Part shown: positions 28,301 through 36,066 of the stretch, piece by piece
Layout of the letters: every line of letters starts with the position of its first letter
Position numbering within the stretch: the first letter of the stretch is position 1
From: Alphaproteobacteria bacterium
Lineage (GTDB): Bacteria > Pseudomonadota > Alphaproteobacteria > Caulobacterales > Caulobacteraceae
Assembly (NCBI GenBank): GCA_043743295.1
Contig: JAYTWT010000129.1
Location: forward strand, 1 to 40,391
DNA length: 40,391 nucleotides
Direction: 5' to 3'
Program-made: the position numbers and the translations under genes
The notes under the pieces: model-generated
Databases searched by the model: none
What the model was told of the DNA's origin: nothing
What the model saw: only the letters and a program-made list of their open reading frames with translations

Positions 28301-29095
28301 CACCACGCCGCTGTTGCGGATCTCAACAGCACCGGAAGCGGTCGTCGCCAAAGGATTGATCAGGCTCAGTGAGACCGTGCCCGCCCCGACGCCAATCAGG
28401 TCAAGACCGCGCACGACCAGCCGGTCGGCGGCGGCGAGGTTGGTGTGAAGGAAGCGCACGTCGGCGCCGCTGAACGAGAGGGTGTTTGCTGATGAGGCGA
28501 AGTCGGCACCCACATTGCGAACCTCAACCGCACCCTGCCCGCCGACGAAACCGAAGCTCTCAGGCGTTGCCATCGACAGGGTAGAGCCGGTAGGTGTCGC
28601 CACTTCGAACCGGCCACCATCCGCAAAGCGCACCTCGCGCGCCGTGGAAAACCAAGCCGCCCCTGACACGTTCACGCGCGCGCCAGTGGTGAACAGCACA
28701 CCTGCTGGATTGACGAAGATGAAGCTGGCGCCCGGCAGACCCGTTGAGTCGATCGTTCCCGCAATCTGCGAGATCTGGCCGCCTGTGACCCGGTTGATTA
28801 CATTTCGGACCGGCGCAGCCCCGGCAGCGCGGGTCCAGGCTGCGGTGTCGCCCTGGCCGAGGCTGAAGGCGCTGAAACTGTGGAACAGATTGCTCCCGGC
28901 CAACGTACCGCCGTCGATGGTGAAGAGCTTGCCGGTCTGGCTCACCGTTGTGCCCAGTGCGCGGACCCCGCCGACGTCAGGTGCAATCGCGGTCTGAGCA
29001 CCGGCGGGAAAAGAGACGATGGCCATCGAAGCCGCCATAAGGGCGATCCAAGCCCCAACCGTAAGCGCCCCAACCGTAAGCGCCCGGCCCGTCAT
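25388..29095 (-). CDS. filamentous haemagglutinin N-terminal domain exoprotein (TpsA-2, about 1235 aa)
   Basis: ATG 29095 overlaps the CHAT-2 stop (ATGA). Signal ending AGA-Q. Haemagg_act motifs GSNLFHSFSAF, NVINRVTGGQISQIAG and FVNPAGVLF; many GDAG.V.I....L.L..G..ISS repeats; C-terminal Cys pair. Confidence 0.93.
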   Translation of the reverse strand: MTGRALTVGALTVGAWIALMAASMAIVSFPAGAQTAIAPDVGGVRALGTTVSQTGKLFTIDGGTLAGSNLFHSFSAFSLGQGDTAAWTRAAGAAPVRNVINRVTGGQISQIAGTIDSTGLPGASFIFVNPAGVLFTTGARVNVSGAAWFSTAREVRFADGGRFEVATPTGSTLSMATPESFGFVGGQGAVEVRNVGADFASSANTLSFSGADVRFLHTNLAAADRLVVRGLDLIGVGAGTVSLSLINPLATTASGAVEIRNSGVVITSDDSTAGALRLSGGTVTLRGANLISDTGGSTRGGDLRIQGTQVQVSEGSTIGTSARAGGAAGALLIQARDIDIDGGALFTVTTTAAPGGSLSLAATQDLVVRGNASVTSTNAAGGFGGVVSLSANALTLDGVFVVSSALGAGQGGHIVITAPTIQIGGGIAIATSLGAARPGDVTISGAEIDISGGTFGSAPGLVSDSGAFTLTATKSISVLGAAFTASSTNENGAGAISIKAPEVLLVETRLQADNFGEGGSGTILVEADTLVLDETNIRVEANGAPGNRLGLVRLKATGDLTVINSEITSNTNGRASGGIVELFGRDVRLMDTRIQSDTIGLANGPAGRVSITAAKTLQMSNGAITSNSNSAGIGGDVVIEAGAITLDTSAAIRSDSLDSGDAGTVTIKTGSLTILEGSSITSRSQRGTGDAGTVLINADTITVVDGRISSGTSGSGDAGVVAIKVGELVLDGNRRGFTFITSETLGEGSAGGVFVDAKSIKLKDGGFISSDTFDSGDAGTIAIRTDTLDITGGGFISSDSQGAGDAGGVSVVAGTVRVTGGDKITYISSDSLGTGNAGEVRIEAKSLLLDRAGFVSSDTYATGDAGDVIIKADTVSLDHSGNIRSRTLSNGDAGDVSITAKTLTLDNGAAISSEATETSVGDAGFIEISADVLTIGKLARVSTSSRGEGNAGMIAIKSKTLSVESGLISSAAEVGALGASGALDIQSGSVSVVGGGAISTVSNNPNSAGLISIDAGLLWIDGLGSLISSENQAGNVRTGNVAGQVGDAGSVMISADSITVSDGGRITTNAFAGAAGEIVIGIDRPGLLVLRGAKDPGVIQTSSGAGTGGKITISDPLAIVSNGGSILALGQQRGANVVIQSRYFINSTDRVNTVAVDGEVKLETGLYDVSSGIVSRDLSVLDASKVLRGQCPAARSTGAVSQLITRPVGPYARDVSADGVDRPRSVRTSGLGGCP
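29052..29081. repeat. perfect 15-bp tandem duplication in the TpsA-2 signal peptide
   Basis: GCCCCAACCGTAAGC x2, encoding ALTVG-ALTVG on the minus strand. Confidence 0.9.
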
Positions 29096-31506
29096 CGCCA
29101 GGCTCCGATCAGAGTGAAGGCGGCCCAAATGTTGGGGTTGGCGTTGACCCCGCCGGCCTGGATCATTCCCAGCTGCGCCTCGCGCAGCGCCTCACCTTTG
29201 GCGCTACCCCCGCGATAGTGCTCGTAGAAGCTCTTCATCAGTGTGGCGGTACCAACGTCGTTCACCGGCCATAGCGAAGCGATCGCGCTCTTGGCACCCG
29301 CCTGAACGGCAGCTCCAGCCAGACCCATGCTGGCCTCGTCGTCCCCCACTGCCGTTTCGCAGGCGCTGAGGACAAGAAGGTCCAACTCATCGCCCCTCGC
29401 ACGGTTCTCGGTCAGGATCTGACGTAGTTCCGACAGCAGAATGGTCTCACCGTTGGCGACAATGAAGGCCCGGTCCGAGCGACCGTTGAACGAGGCATGG
29501 GTGGCCAGATGCAGCACATCCACCTGCTCGCGCACCAGCGCCTGGACCAATTCGGCCTTGTGGAAATTCTCCAGCACCCAAGAGCGCTGGATCCGTTTGC
29601 CGTCTACCACGGCCGCCAACCGCGCCTCCGCGCCTGTACCGTTCAGCTTTTCGAAGTCGCCGGCAGGTAGCCGCACTTCCATCTCAAGCGACGCTGCGAC
29701 CAACTGCATCCGCTGACGGGCATCGGTCCCGCCGGGCTGGGAATAGGCCAAGGACGGTGCCACCGAAACCCGTGTGCGCTCGACCAGGAACCTGTTGTCT
29801 CCATCCAAGAGCACCGAGAACGGCAGGGCCCGCAGCGCGCCATCGGGCACCACGGCCAGTTGCGAGCCAGGCTTTAGTTCACCCTCAATCGGCTTGATCA
29901 GCAGATCGTAGAGCTGGCGTGAAGCCGCGCGCCATTTGTCATCCTCATCGTAGCTGAGCGACAGCACAACGGCCTCGACCAAGCGGGCGATGACTTGACG
30001 GTCGACGTTGCGGTTGGGGGTAAGACGGCGGAATGTAGGGGTCCCACCCTCTCCCCCGGCAACGTAGAGCAGTTCCAGCCGATCCGGCAGCAGGATCGGG
30101 TAGAGCAGCACCTCACCGGCCGCCAGAGTCTCAGGCTTGAGTGCATCGCGCGCCGGGATGCATTCGCTGCCGAAGACACTCTGTAGTTCCGCCTGCCGAT
30201 AGGCCTCAACGATCTTCTGGGCGTCGCGCACGCGGATCATCTCGGTGCCGCCCTGCGCACCCGCCAGCTGCACATCCACCGCGCTTTGGAAGACGCTCCG
30301 CATATAGAGGGAGAAGGTCGTCTCCTCAGTCAGCGGATCGAAGCGGGGTAGTAACGGGCGGATCGCCTCTAGTGAATCGTAGGCGGCCAGTACATGTGCC
30401 TCCCGTCGCGCCGGATCGGCCTGAGCCAATAGCAGCCGCCACTCCGGCAGCCGCGCGGGCAACGCCCGCTGGCTTTCCAGCACAAGAGCGCGCTCAAGCA
30501 GCCGCCGGGCGTGAGCCGCATCGCCGGACGCCAATGCCATCCGCGCCGCGAGCGCCGCCGCGAATGCCTGGGCGGCCGGACCCGGATCAGCCTCGCGGAT
30601 CGCGACAACCATCGGCTCCAATTCCGGCGCCGGACCCCGCCGCGCGTCCAACATCGCCGCTGTGAGCCTGCCCATCACCTCGGCCCGGAGCGGACCATCG
30701 GCGATCCGCCCCGCCAGTGTCAGACCGGCGGTCGCGGACACAATCGCCTGAGCGCGAAACTCAGTTGCGGCATCAGCGGCCGACTCAGCGACCGAGAGGC
30801 GCAGTCGCGCTAGACGCAACAAGGCAAGGGAGGCTGTACGATAGTCGCCCGCCAGCCGCGCCTGCTCCGCAGAGCAATCCAGCGCAGCCAGAGACAGGGC
30901 TAGGTTCGTGTTGCCCAGCACGCCTGAGCTGAGCAGCAGGTCACAAGGACCGAAACCAGCGCTCACACGTTCCACATTGCGCACAGCCTCGCTGGACCCG
31001 CCTCGCGTCGCACGCCCCCTTGACCCGCCCCGCGATCCCGCCACGGTCGGCCCGGATAGCGACACCAGCCCCAGCCGATAGGCCGCTATCGAGGCGGTCT
31101 CCGGAAGCGCGGCTGCCTGCGCCAATCTGAAGGCTCCCAGCAGGTAGGATTGGGCCTGAAGTTGGCTACCCTGCGGGCTCACCCGCATCAGCTCACCGGC
31201 GGCAGTGCAGTATTCTGCAAGGGCGGCTGTTGCCGGTCGTTCTGTACCAGCCACCCGTGGATCCAAAGACGCCGCCAGATCCTGATAGGGGTCGTTTGCA
31301 CTGCGAAGCGCCAGTCGCGCTTCTATGGTTGCAGCGCCTAGCCGCAGTGTCTCGCTGGTCGGATAGGCTTGGAGCACGCCAGTCGCTAAACTGCATATGC
31401 GCTCTGAAAGAGCGGCCTGCGCCGCGCTGGCGAATGCGCTGAGCCCGCAGAAGGCGGCCAGCGCAAGGCAGCCGCAAATCCGGCGCGCGAATCGTCGTCG
31501 GTTCAT
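29092..31506 (-). CDS. exported helical + CHAT domain cysteine protease, CHAT-2
   Basis: Start MNRRRFARRICGCLALAAF...AAQA (signal, possibly Tat). Motifs LYDLLIKPIE, VVPDGALRALPF, LHLATHASF (His), LDLLVLSACETAVGD (Cys), AGAKSAIASLWPVND and PNIWAAFTLIGAW. Confidence 0.93.
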   Translation of the reverse strand: MNRRRFARRICGCLALAAFCGLSAFASAAQAALSERICSLATGVLQAYPTSETLRLGAATIEARLALRSANDPYQDLAASLDPRVAGTERPATAALAEYCTAAGELMRVSPQGSQLQAQSYLLGAFRLAQAAALPETASIAAYRLGLVSLSGPTVAGSRGGSRGRATRGGSSEAVRNVERVSAGFGPCDLLLSSGVLGNTNLALSLAALDCSAEQARLAGDYRTASLALLRLARLRLSVAESAADAATEFRAQAIVSATAGLTLAGRIADGPLRAEVMGRLTAAMLDARRGPAPELEPMVVAIREADPGPAAQAFAAALAARMALASGDAAHARRLLERALVLESQRALPARLPEWRLLLAQADPARREAHVLAAYDSLEAIRPLLPRFDPLTEETTFSLYMRSVFQSAVDVQLAGAQGGTEMIRVRDAQKIVEAYRQAELQSVFGSECIPARDALKPETLAAGEVLLYPILLPDRLELLYVAGGEGGTPTFRRLTPNRNVDRQVIARLVEAVVLSLSYDEDDKWRAASRQLYDLLIKPIEGELKPGSQLAVVPDGALRALPFSVLLDGDNRFLVERTRVSVAPSLAYSQPGGTDARQRMQLVAASLEMEVRLPAGDFEKLNGTGAEARLAAVVDGKRIQRSWVLENFHKAELVQALVREQVDVLHLATHASFNGRSDRAFIVANGETILLSELRQILTENRARGDELDLLVLSACETAVGDDEASMGLAGAAVQAGAKSAIASLWPVNDVGTATLMKSFYEHYRGGSAKGEALREAQLGMIQAGGVNANPNIWAAFTLIGAWR

Positions 31507-31853
31507 CACGCCCCCCAGACGCATGTAGGCACTGTGACCCCACCCGCGCCCGACGACAATCCCGGTAACACGGTATGGCAAGGCACCCTTTGCCGGGCGA
31601 GCGCCCTGGCCGGCATTGCGCGGATCATTGCCTACAAGCCTGAGACCACCGTGATCGCGAGAGTATCCGCCAAACCGCGGGAATCCCGACCCTTCAGAGC
31701 TGGGGTGTCCGGCCAAAATTATGCCAGCCTGATGCAGGCCGCGCAGGTAACCTTCAGCGTTTCCACAATCTCCGTTTGAGGCAGTCGGACGACGGTGACG
31801 TCCTAGACTCAACGGCGGGCACGGCTCGCATCTGCCCGCAGGATCTCGGCGAC

Positions 31854-32525
31854 ATGCGCATCATCTGCGACTTCGATGGCACCATCACGCTCCGGGACAC
31901 TACGGACGCAATCCTCGATGCGTTGGCACCCGTAGCTTGGCGCGCGTTGGAGCACGACTGGGTGGCGGGCCGGATCAGCGCCGCCGCCTGTATGCGGGAC
32001 CAGATCGCCCTGGTCGGTGGCTCGAAAGCCGCCCTCGACCGAGTTCTGGATCGCGTGGAATTGGATCCAGGCTTCTGCGCATTCGTGATCTGGTGCGACA
32101 ATCATGGACTGCCGCTCAGCATTGTCAGCGACGGCGTTGACTATTTCATCCGGCGGATCCTGACCCGCCACGGCCTGGCGCATCTCCCAGTCATCGCTAA
32201 TCGGCTGGCGGGCGCGCCTGGAGCATGGACCCTAGATCAGCCCTGGTCGCGAGCCGGATGCGCGGGCGGCTCGGGCGTCTGCAAGTGCGAAGCGATCCGG
32301 TCGGACGCGCCGGCGGTCAGAACCGTTTACGTCGGTGACGGCCGCTCGGATTTTTGCGTTTCGGCCCGCGTCGATCTGTTGTTCGCCAAGGGCGCTCTGG
32401 CTGACTACGCCGCCGCCAGATCTCAACCCTTCGTACCTTTCGACACCTTCGAAGACATCACTCGCGCGCTGGCAGCGATAGCCGCCGAGACGCGTGAGCC
32501 CGCCGTGCGCGCCACCGCAATCTGA
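31854..32525 (+). CDS. MtnX-like HAD-IB family phosphatase
   Basis: HAD motif I CDFDGTIT, motif II IVSDG, GVCKC, and motif IV YVGDGRSDFC..FAK. Confidence 0.9.
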   Translation: MRIICDFDGTITLRDTTDAILDALAPVAWRALEHDWVAGRISAAACMRDQIALVGGSKAALDRVLDRVELDPGFCAFVIWCDNHGLPLSIVSDGVDYFIRRILTRHGLAHLPVIANRLAGAPGAWTLDQPWSRAGCAGGSGVCKCEAIRSDAPAVRTVYVGDGRSDFCVSARVDLLFAKGALADYAAARSQPFVPFDTFEDITRALAAIAAETREPAVRATAI

Positions 32526-32544
32526 ATTCTACCAAGGAGCCTTC

Positions 32545-33936
32545 ATGTACGACGCTGAAGCCAAGCTGACCGAGACCGAACTGCGCGTCCTAGAGTCCGA
32601 ATACTGCTCCTGGGGGGATACGGTCCACTACCTGGAACACCCGAAATTCTTCGACACCTGCGACGGCTCGTACATGTACGACGCTGACGGGCGGGCGTTT
32701 CTGGACCTGCAGATGTGGTATTCTGCTGTCAACTTCGGCTACCGCAATCCCCGTTTGAACGCTGTTGCGCACCGACAGCTGGACCGCTTGCCGCAGGTCG
32801 CATCGCAGTATCTGCATCGCGAAAAGGTCGAGCTGGCTGCGCTGATCGCCCAGGACGCCGAGGCCAAGTTCGGTGCCAAGGGCCGCGTGCATTTCAACGT
32901 TGGCGGCGCCCAGGCCGTGGAGGACTCGCTCAAGCTGGTGCGCAATGCGTCGGGCGGCAAGAGCCTGATGTTCGCCTTCGAGGGTGGCTATCACGGGCGC
33001 ACCTTGGGTGCCTCAGCGATCACCTCGTCCTATCGATACCGTCGACGCTACGGCCACTTTGGCGACCGCGCGCAGTTCATCGAGTTCCCCTACCACTTCC
33101 GTGGCCCTCGCGGCATGAGCAAGGACGAGTATGGCGAGCAGTGTGTGGCCAAGTTCGCGCGGCTGTTCGAGACCGAGTACAACGGCGTGCTCGACACCAA
33201 AACCGGCCAGTGCGAGTTCGCGGCCTTCTATGTCGAGCCGATCCAAGGCACCGGAGGCTATGTCATTCCGCCGCCGAACTTCTTCACCGGCATCAAAAAA
33301 GTCCTCGACCAGCACGGTATCCTGCTGGTGGTCGATGAGATCCAGATGGGAATGTTCCGGACCGGCAAGCTGTGGTCCATCGAACACTTCGGCGTCACCC
33401 CGGACGTGCTGGTGTTCGGTAAGGCTCTGACCAACGGACTGAACCCGCTGTCCGGCGTATGGGCCAAAGAAGCCCTCATCAACCCCACTATCTTTCCACC
33501 CGGCTCGACGCACTCGACGTTCAATTCGAACCCGATGGGCACCTCGGTCGCACTCGAGACTCTGAAGATGGTTTCAGAGACTGACTATGGCGTGATGGTC
33601 ATGGAAAAGGGCGCCTACTTCCTAGAGGGCCTAAAGGCGCTTCAGCGCCGCTGGCCAGAAATCGGTGACGTCGACGGCCTAGGCCTGGCCCTGCGCTGCG
33701 AAGTTTGCGAGGCCGACGGCTATACGCCGAACAAGCCCCTGCTGGACCGCATGGAGGCGGAGGCGATGAAGGGGGATTTGGAAGGCCCCGACGGCCCAAT
33801 CGGTCTGATCCTCGACGTGGGAGGCTACCACAAGAACGTCATCACCCTGGCACCTTCGCTGGAGATCACCTACCCGGAGATTGATCTGGCGCTGACCCTA
33901 CTGGACCAGCTCTTCCGCCGCTGCGTCCGGAGGTAA
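32545..33936 (+). CDS. class III PLP-dependent aminotransferase
   Basis: RBS AAGGAG. Motifs GAQAVEDSLK, FEGGYHGRTLG, VEPIQGTGG, DEIQMGMFRTG and FGKALTNG (PLP lysine). Confidence 0.95.
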   Translation: MYDAEAKLTETELRVLESEYCSWGDTVHYLEHPKFFDTCDGSYMYDADGRAFLDLQMWYSAVNFGYRNPRLNAVAHRQLDRLPQVASQYLHREKVELAALIAQDAEAKFGAKGRVHFNVGGAQAVEDSLKLVRNASGGKSLMFAFEGGYHGRTLGASAITSSYRYRRRYGHFGDRAQFIEFPYHFRGPRGMSKDEYGEQCVAKFARLFETEYNGVLDTKTGQCEFAAFYVEPIQGTGGYVIPPPNFFTGIKKVLDQHGILLVVDEIQMGMFRTGKLWSIEHFGVTPDVLVFGKALTNGLNPLSGVWAKEALINPTIFPPGSTHSTFNSNPMGTSVALETLKMVSETDYGVMVMEKGAYFLEGLKALQRRWPEIGDVDGLGLALRCEVCEADGYTPNKPLLDRMEAEAMKGDLEGPDGPIGLILDVGGYHKNVITLAPSLEITYPEIDLALTLLDQLFRRCVRR

Positions 33937-33944
33937 TTCCAGCC

Positions 33945-34865
33945 GTGCAGCCCGCCCTGCTCTGTCTGGATGACGCCTTGACCGGCCAGTATCGCTTGCG
34001 TGATGCGGTCGCGGATGCGGGCGGCATAGTGATGGATTGCCGAGATCTCGGACCTGCACTTCGCCTCTGGAGCCGGCCTCAGGCGTTGGCGGCGTTGCGC
34101 CAGCGGATCGACGCTATGCTACCGGAGAGCCTCGGGCCGCTGATGGTGTTCGGCGGATCGGGCGACTTTCATCATGTAACACCCCTATTGCTTGGCCGGG
34201 CGCTGGAGGCGGCAGGACGGCCTGCAACGACGGTTCTGCACTTCGACAACCATCCGGACTGGGTGCGCTTCGGCACCGGTGCCCATTGTGGCTCTTGGGT
34301 AGGGTTGGCGGCCCGGCTGGATGGCATTGCCAAGCTGGTGACCATCGGGGTCTGCAGCAACGATATCGCGCAGCCTGCAGCAAAGGGCGCTGATCTGACG
34401 CTCATCACGGAAGATCGGTTGGAACTCTACGCCTATCGGGCTCCCGGATCGCTGCCGACCGTTCAGTTGTGCGGGCGAAGCTGGCCGACCATAGAAGCGA
34501 TCGGCGAGACGGCCTTTTCGGAACTGCTGGCCAGCCGCGTCGAGACCGAGGCGGTCTATGTCACCATCGACAAGGATGTCCTGTGTGCCGCCGATGCCGG
34601 AACCAATTGGGACCAGGGCCGCACGACCCTGGATCTTTTGCAGAACCTGATCCTGCAAGCGACACAGGGCCGGCGGATCATCGGCGTTGATGTCGTGGGC
34701 GACTGGTCGAAGCCGACCTACGGCGGTGGACTGATCGCAAGCTTGCTAAAGGCAGGCGAGGCGTTGATGGACCAGCCCTGGCGCCGCCCCCCCAGCCATA
34801 CCCTAGCGGTCAATGAGCGTGTCAACCTTGCGCTCCTGCGCCAGTTTCAGACGGGGTTCGCATGA
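33945..34865 (+). CDS. arginase/ureohydrolase-fold protein
   Basis: GSGDFHH, HFDNHPD (DxHxD), VYVTIDKDVL (DxD) and IIGVDVVG match the ureohydrolase metal-binding pattern. Confidence 0.8.
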   Translation: MQPALLCLDDALTGQYRLRDAVADAGGIVMDCRDLGPALRLWSRPQALAALRQRIDAMLPESLGPLMVFGGSGDFHHVTPLLLGRALEAAGRPATTVLHFDNHPDWVRFGTGAHCGSWVGLAARLDGIAKLVTIGVCSNDIAQPAAKGADLTLITEDRLELYAYRAPGSLPTVQLCGRSWPTIEAIGETAFSELLASRVETEAVYVTIDKDVLCAADAGTNWDQGRTTLDLLQNLILQATQGRRIIGVDVVGDWSKPTYGGGLIASLLKAGEALMDQPWRRPPSHTLAVNERVNLALLRQFQTGFA

Positions 34866-35236
34866 CCTCCGTCACACTCTGGACACTCGGCCTGATCCTG
34901 TTCTGCGTGGTGGCGGAGGCCGGATCGCAACTGAACTTCAAGGCGGCGGCGGATGCGGCCTCGCCGGAGCGACCAATCGGGTCCCTCCTGACGCAGCGGC
35001 TCCTGTGGCTGGGTATCCTACTTTGGGCCATCGAAGGTGTCGCCTGGTTGCTCGTCCTGGAACAGGCTCCTCTTTCAATCGCATTTCCGGTGATGAGTCT
35101 GACCTATGCCGCAACGCCGATTGCGGCTGCGCTGGTCCTGGACGAACGCCTGACCCGCCGCCAAGCCATCGGTGCCGCCTTGGTCACGCTTGGTGCCGTT
35201 CTGGTTTCAATTTCAGACCTGAAGGTCAGTGTATGA
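34862..35236 (+). CDS. small 4-TM SMR/EamA-like membrane protein (ArnE/F-like)
   Basis: 124 aa, four hydrophobic segments; E..SQLNFK, PLSIAFPVMSLTY and LDERLT...IG..LV.LG. Confidence 0.85.
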   Translation: MTSVTLWTLGLILFCVVAEAGSQLNFKAAADAASPERPIGSLLTQRLLWLGILLWAIEGVAWLLVLEQAPLSIAFPVMSLTYAATPIAAALVLDERLTRRQAIGAALVTLGAVLVSISDLKVSV

Positions 35237-36066
35237 ACGATGTCGGCTTCCATCGCGCGACGGCGATCTGCAAGGGCGTGCTACTGCTTCATGGCTTGAC
35301 CGGCGCACCCGCGGAGATGCGGCTGGTCGGGCGGCGATTGACCCGAGCAGGCTTCACAGTCGAAACGCCGCTATTGGCCGGCCACGGCCATGACAAGCAA
35401 GCGCTGGTGCGGACGACTTGGCGTGACTGGCTTCAATCCGTCCGAGACGCTTATCTCGATCTCGCGGGGCGAGTGGACGAAGTCTATGTCGCGGGTATCT
35501 GTGTCGGTGGCGCGCTGGGCCTGGCGCTCTGTGCGGAGTTTCCGCAGATCAAGGCCGCCGCCGTCTATTCCATGACGTTTGAGTACGACGGCTGGAACAT
35601 GCCGCGATGGAGTACGGCGGCACCGCTGATCCAACTGGTGGCCCATCTACCTCTTGTGCGTCAGATCGACCTGGCCGAGCCCTATCCCTACGGCCTGAAG
35701 GACCTAAGGTTGCGAGAAATGGCCGCGCGCGCGCCAGAAACGCTGATCCCCGGGGCGATCGACAAATTGCCGCTAGGCTCGCTCTACCAGATGTACCGGC
35801 TGGGCCGCCGGGTGGAGCGGATCGGCGCACAGATCAGGACGCCGACACTGATCGTCCATGCGCGCGAAGACGATATGAGCCATCCACGCAACGCTACGCG
35901 TTTGCAAGCCGCACTGGGCGGACCCACCCACCTGCTGACGCTCGAGGATAGTTACCACATGGTACATGTGGACCGCCAGCACGGGCTGGTCGCCGACGAA
36001 ACGATCCAGTTCTTTGGTGGAGCCGTCCGGCTCCGCACGGAGCGCTCGGAGTTGGTCAATGCTTGA
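35233..36066 (+). CDS. alpha/beta-fold hydrolase (carboxylesterase-like) with Cys at the nucleophile position
   Basis: ATG overlaps the previous stop (ATGA). Motifs LLLHGLTG, P.LAGHG, WRDW, GICVGG elbow, PTLIVHAREDD and LEDSYH. Confidence 0.88.
   Translation: MNDVGFHRATAICKGVLLLHGLTGAPAEMRLVGRRLTRAGFTVETPLLAGHGHDKQALVRTTWRDWLQSVRDAYLDLAGRVDEVYVAGICVGGALGLALCAEFPQIKAAAVYSMTFEYDGWNMPRWSTAAPLIQLVAHLPLVRQIDLAEPYPYGLKDLRLREMAARAPETLIPGAIDKLPLGSLYQMYRLGRRVERIGAQIRTPTLIVHAREDDMSHPRNATRLQAALGGPTHLLTLEDSYHMVHVDRQHGLVADETIQFFGGAVRLRTERSELVNA

Noticed and set aside
11812-28997. Long plus-strand ORFs (e.g. 11812-13059, 13558-14772, 18471-19541, 19545-20864, 25689-26519)
   Set aside because: Antisense shadows of the Gly/Ala/Thr-rich TpsA genes. 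They are Pro/Ser-rich, have no recognisable domains and mirror the same repeats.
10611-29095. Contact-dependent inhibition (CdiAB/CdiI) locus
   Set aside because: No VENN/DUF637-type pre-toxin motif, no recognisable C-terminal toxin domain, and no small immunity ORF after either TpsA.
31539-31550. CCCACCCGCGCC matches the tRNA-Ser 3' region (4525-4536) at 11 of 12 positions; possible attR
   Set aside because: Too short and GC-rich; such a match is expected by chance in 40 kb. It also lies only about 30 bp upstream of the CHAT-2 start.
31570-31770. Possible sigma54 site (GGCA...TTGC) and CAGG direct repeats in the divergent promoter region
   Set aside because: The GG-GC spacing is not the required N10, and the direct repeats are too degenerate to support a call.
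31854-32525. Methionine-salvage gene mtnX
   Set aside because: Family resemblance only; no other mtn genes are nearby, so no symbol was assigned.
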